Assembly (NCBI GenBank): GCA_038841535.1
Contig: JAWBTQ010000001.1
Coordinates: 1-64,000 of the forward strand
DNA length: 64,000 bases
Source of the DNA: Sulfolobales archaeon
GTDB taxonomy: Archaea > Thermoproteota > Thermoprotei_A > Sulfolobales > NBVN01
Direction: 5' to 3'
Under the pieces are notes generated by a model. It saw only the letters and a program-made list of their open reading frames with translations, was not told where the DNA came from and did no database searches. Both the position numbers and the translations under genes were made by a program. Positions 61,556-64,000 of the stretch are shown in pieces (position 1 is the stretch's first letter; the number at the start of each line of letters is the position of its first letter).

Positions 61556-62929
61556 TTGCCAAATGAAGAAAGCGCTCTCGATAGCTACAGGTCTATGGTT
61601 GTCTACGGATCGTTCTATAGGACCCTCCTGATTCTAGCGCTTCCTATGATAGTATTTGAGGCAGTGAACGTATCTTATAACTTAGTGGACGCGTATTGGC
61701 TGGGATTCTGGGGAGGGGCTGCGTTTACCGTCCCCAGGCTCACCAGGCCTACCTACATGTTCTTCGAGGCCGTGTTCATGGGTTTAGGAACGGCTAACCT
61801 CGCGATGATGTCTCAGTACGTTGGTGGGAGGAGGTATGAAGAAGCTGCTAAAACTTTCTCGCAGTTTCTGACTGCGAACTTAGTCCTAGGATTACTTCTT
61901 ACCTTAGTATACATTGAGGTAAACGACTTTCTGATAAAGTACGTTGTCCGGGTTCCTTCTGAACTAGCTGAACCAACCCTAACCTACGCAAACATTATAG
62001 CTTTAGACATACTTCTCTATGGGTTTGACTCAGCTTTCACGAACGCTTTTCAGTCTATAGGAAACACTAGGGTCCCGGCTATGGCTGGAATAGTTTCTGC
62101 TTCACTGAACTTCATCTTAGACCCTGTGCTCATACTGGGTCTAGGTGGGCTACCGAGCTTAGGACCTGCTGGTGCTGCTATCGCTACAGTAGTCACGAGA
62201 TTAATTAAGGTTGCTTCACTAGCCTACATCTTTGTGAAGAAGCTTCCTGAAGTAGGTATTAGGCTTACTAAGAGCTTTAGTAGGTTTTGGTTTGTTAGAG
62301 TTATTACTGTGGGAGGGCCGATGTCCTTGAGGCAGGCATTAAACAGTATTGGAATAATGTTTCAGCACTCGATAGTCAACTCATTCGGTATCGTAGCAAC
62401 ACAGACTTACACGATAGGTTTTCTATTCATGGACATAGCTGAAGCCGTAGTAAGGGGGTCTACAACTCCGATAGCCGTTATGGTAGGTCAGAGCCTAGGT
62501 GCTGGAAACCTAAGTCGCTCTAGAGAAGTAGGTATAAAGTCGTGTTTAACTCTCGGAAGCATAACAGCAACAGTATCCTCGGTCTTGTTCTTAGTTAGGA
62601 GAGAGCTAGCTATGGTCTTCACGAGCGATTCAGTAGTCATTGGAGAGTCCATGTACTTCCTCAGCATGTTCCTACCGACGCTGCCTTTTCTAACCCTACT
62701 CTTCATAGGTATAGCGGTAGGTCGAGGTTCGGGAAGCACGGTGGTGCCTCTGATTATCACACTAGTGAGGATGTGGGGCATGAGGATCACTTTAGCGTAC
62801 ATTCTATCGACTATCTTGGGTATGGGTACTAGCGGGCTGTGGATCTCTTTATCTTTAGGAAACATTGTGGCAGGAATAGCTTCAGCAACATGGATAGCCG
62901 TTGGTAAGTGGTGCAGGCCCATAGTATAG
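61556..62929 (+). CDS. MATE family efflux transporter
   Basis: LALP..YNLVD, QYVG, NFILDP.LI.G...GPAGAAIAT, GQSLGAG. Confidence 0.93.
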   Translation: MPNEESALDSYRSMVVYGSFYRTLLILALPMIVFEAVNVSYNLVDAYWLGFWGGAAFTVPRLTRPTYMFFEAVFMGLGTANLAMMSQYVGGRRYEEAAKTFSQFLTANLVLGLLLTLVYIEVNDFLIKYVVRVPSELAEPTLTYANIIALDILLYGFDSAFTNAFQSIGNTRVPAMAGIVSASLNFILDPVLILGLGGLPSLGPAGAAIATVVTRLIKVASLAYIFVKKLPEVGIRLTKSFSRFWFVRVITVGGPMSLRQALNSIGIMFQHSIVNSFGIVATQTYTIGFLFMDIAEAVVRGSTTPIAVMVGQSLGAGNLSRSREVGIKSCLTLGSITATVSSVLFLVRRELAMVFTSDSVVIGESMYFLSMFLPTLPFLTLLFIGIAVGRGSGSTVVPLIITLVRMWGMRITLAYILSTILGMGTSGLWISLSLGNIVAGIASATWIAVGKWCRPIV

Positions 62930-63063
62930 ACAAGCGCTAAAGCACTAGCTCGCAGATATCGAGAGAGAACTACTGAAACCCGAGGGTTTCCTTCTTAGCT
63001 TAAGTTCGGGGGAAACTAACCTTATTTAGCTCTATGTTGCAGCATGTTCGCGGGTGTTGTGGG

Positions 63064-63873
63064 TTGGTTGCTGTCTCACCGGAGGGCTTTTGGTCTGGTC
63101 CTATAACTAAAACTGGAAAGTCGGCATTAGTGCCTAGAGGCCCCTGGGTTTACGGGTTCACAGGTTTAGGTATTAGCTATAAATCAGACCCTAGTTCTTT
63201 AGCCGATATAGTACCCAGACCTCTCAGAGTGTCTGATGGGTCAGTATTCGCTTACGTAACTGAGATAGTTACCTGGAGTCCGAATGTTGGAGAGCTTTCT
63301 ACTGAAGCGCCAGATCAGCTGTACTACCACGAAGGAGCGTTTTTCGTTAGGGTTGAGTATGATGGCAGAATATATACCTACTGCCCGTTTATGTGGGTTG
63401 ACTCAGACATCTCACTTTTGAGAGGCCTACTAGTCGGCTGGCCTAAGAAGCTGGCTAGAGTTGCTCTCACCAAGATCCACCCGATGGTTCCAGGTCTTGA
63501 CAGGCCTAGGAAGGGCTTAAAGCTTGGTGGCTACGTTGCTAGAGCTGGCTCAACTCTATATAGAGTAAGAGTTGAGATAGAGGACGATAGAGAAGACAAG
63601 TTCTTACCACTACTCACAGAGCACCCGTTCATCCTATTCAGATACTTTGCGGGAGTGTCAAAGACTCTAACAACAGTTAACGAGCTGGTAGAGCTTATTG
63701 GAGAAGTCGATGTGAGAGCGTGGCGTGGAAAAGGTGAGATAGAGGTAGTTGGAGGAGTTAACGACGAGCTTCAGAGTCTCAAGCCTATATCGGAAGCTGT
63801 AGGACACTACTTCAACATGGCACTTAAGCTGAAGAGCGTGAAGGCTGTAGGTAAAGCAGAAGGATTCGGCTAG
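63064..63873 (+). CDS. Acetoacetate decarboxylase family protein
   Basis: YHEG, MWVDSD..LLRG..GWPKKLA Schiff-base Lys motif. Confidence 0.85.
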   Translation: MVAVSPEGFWSGPITKTGKSALVPRGPWVYGFTGLGISYKSDPSSLADIVPRPLRVSDGSVFAYVTEIVTWSPNVGELSTEAPDQLYYHEGAFFVRVEYDGRIYTYCPFMWVDSDISLLRGLLVGWPKKLARVALTKIHPMVPGLDRPRKGLKLGGYVARAGSTLYRVRVEIEDDREDKFLPLLTEHPFILFRYFAGVSKTLTTVNELVELIGEVDVRAWRGKGEIEVVGGVNDELQSLKPISEAVGHYFNMALKLKSVKAVGKAEGFG

Positions 63874-64000
63874 ACCAACCTGATGTAGATAACGTTTTTC
63901 TTAGCTTACTTATCTATTCAGAGCATGGTAGTGAGCATTTATAGTAACTCACGGATTTACACTCTTGTCGAGAGAAGTGGAGGATGAGTGATGTAGACTG

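Noticed and set aside
1909-62922. Numerous antisense or nested ORFs in the track (e.g. 22467-22925, 29395-29910, 48583-49176, 60263-60475)
   Set aside because: They are shadows of well-supported genes or of the cassettes and have no motifs.
1-64000. CRISPR array or cas genes
   Set aside because: No regularly spaced 24-40 bp repeats or cas motifs seen; the repeats are dispersed.
63981-64000. AGGATGA box-C-like motif at the window end
   Set aside because: Truncated by the window edge; D boxes cannot be assessed.

Overview
Archaeal chromosome segment, most likely a thermophilic Thermoproteota (Desulfurococcales-like, judged from the gene families, BRE/TATA promoters and a C/D sRNA). It is mostly housekeeping and peptide/amino-acid catabolism: tyrS, speE, a split lipoate ligase, LipS2, gcvH/gcvT, a prolyl oligopeptidase, a ferritin-fused encapsulin, truD, iorAB, a peptide ABC transporter, an M14 peptidase, rtcA, nadM, an m5C methyltransferase, a DUF1177/racemase/DUF917/AroM/OPT/D-aminoacylase cluster, a two-subunit fumarate/tartrate hydro-lyase and a MATE transporter. 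RNA genes: tRNA-Arg(TCT) and one clear C/D-box sRNA. The most striking unexplained structure is a family of five dispersed ~240-310 bp non-coding cassettes (46-313, 30124-30391, 37178-37488, 41750-41991, 60241-60529). They share a fixed left boundary (GCCT) and a BRE/TATA promoter, carry a structured tnpB-3'-end-like (omegaRNA-like) scaffold, and end at a sharp right boundary followed by a different flank each time. One of them swaps in the scaffold of the adjacent broken tnpB. They look like IS607-type miniature elements acting as stand-alone guide-RNA genes. Also notable: a 43-aa six-cysteine peptide missed by the ORF track, probable ATT and CTG start codons, and an unassigned structured RNA near tyrS. 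All calls are from reading the sequence; no searches were run.
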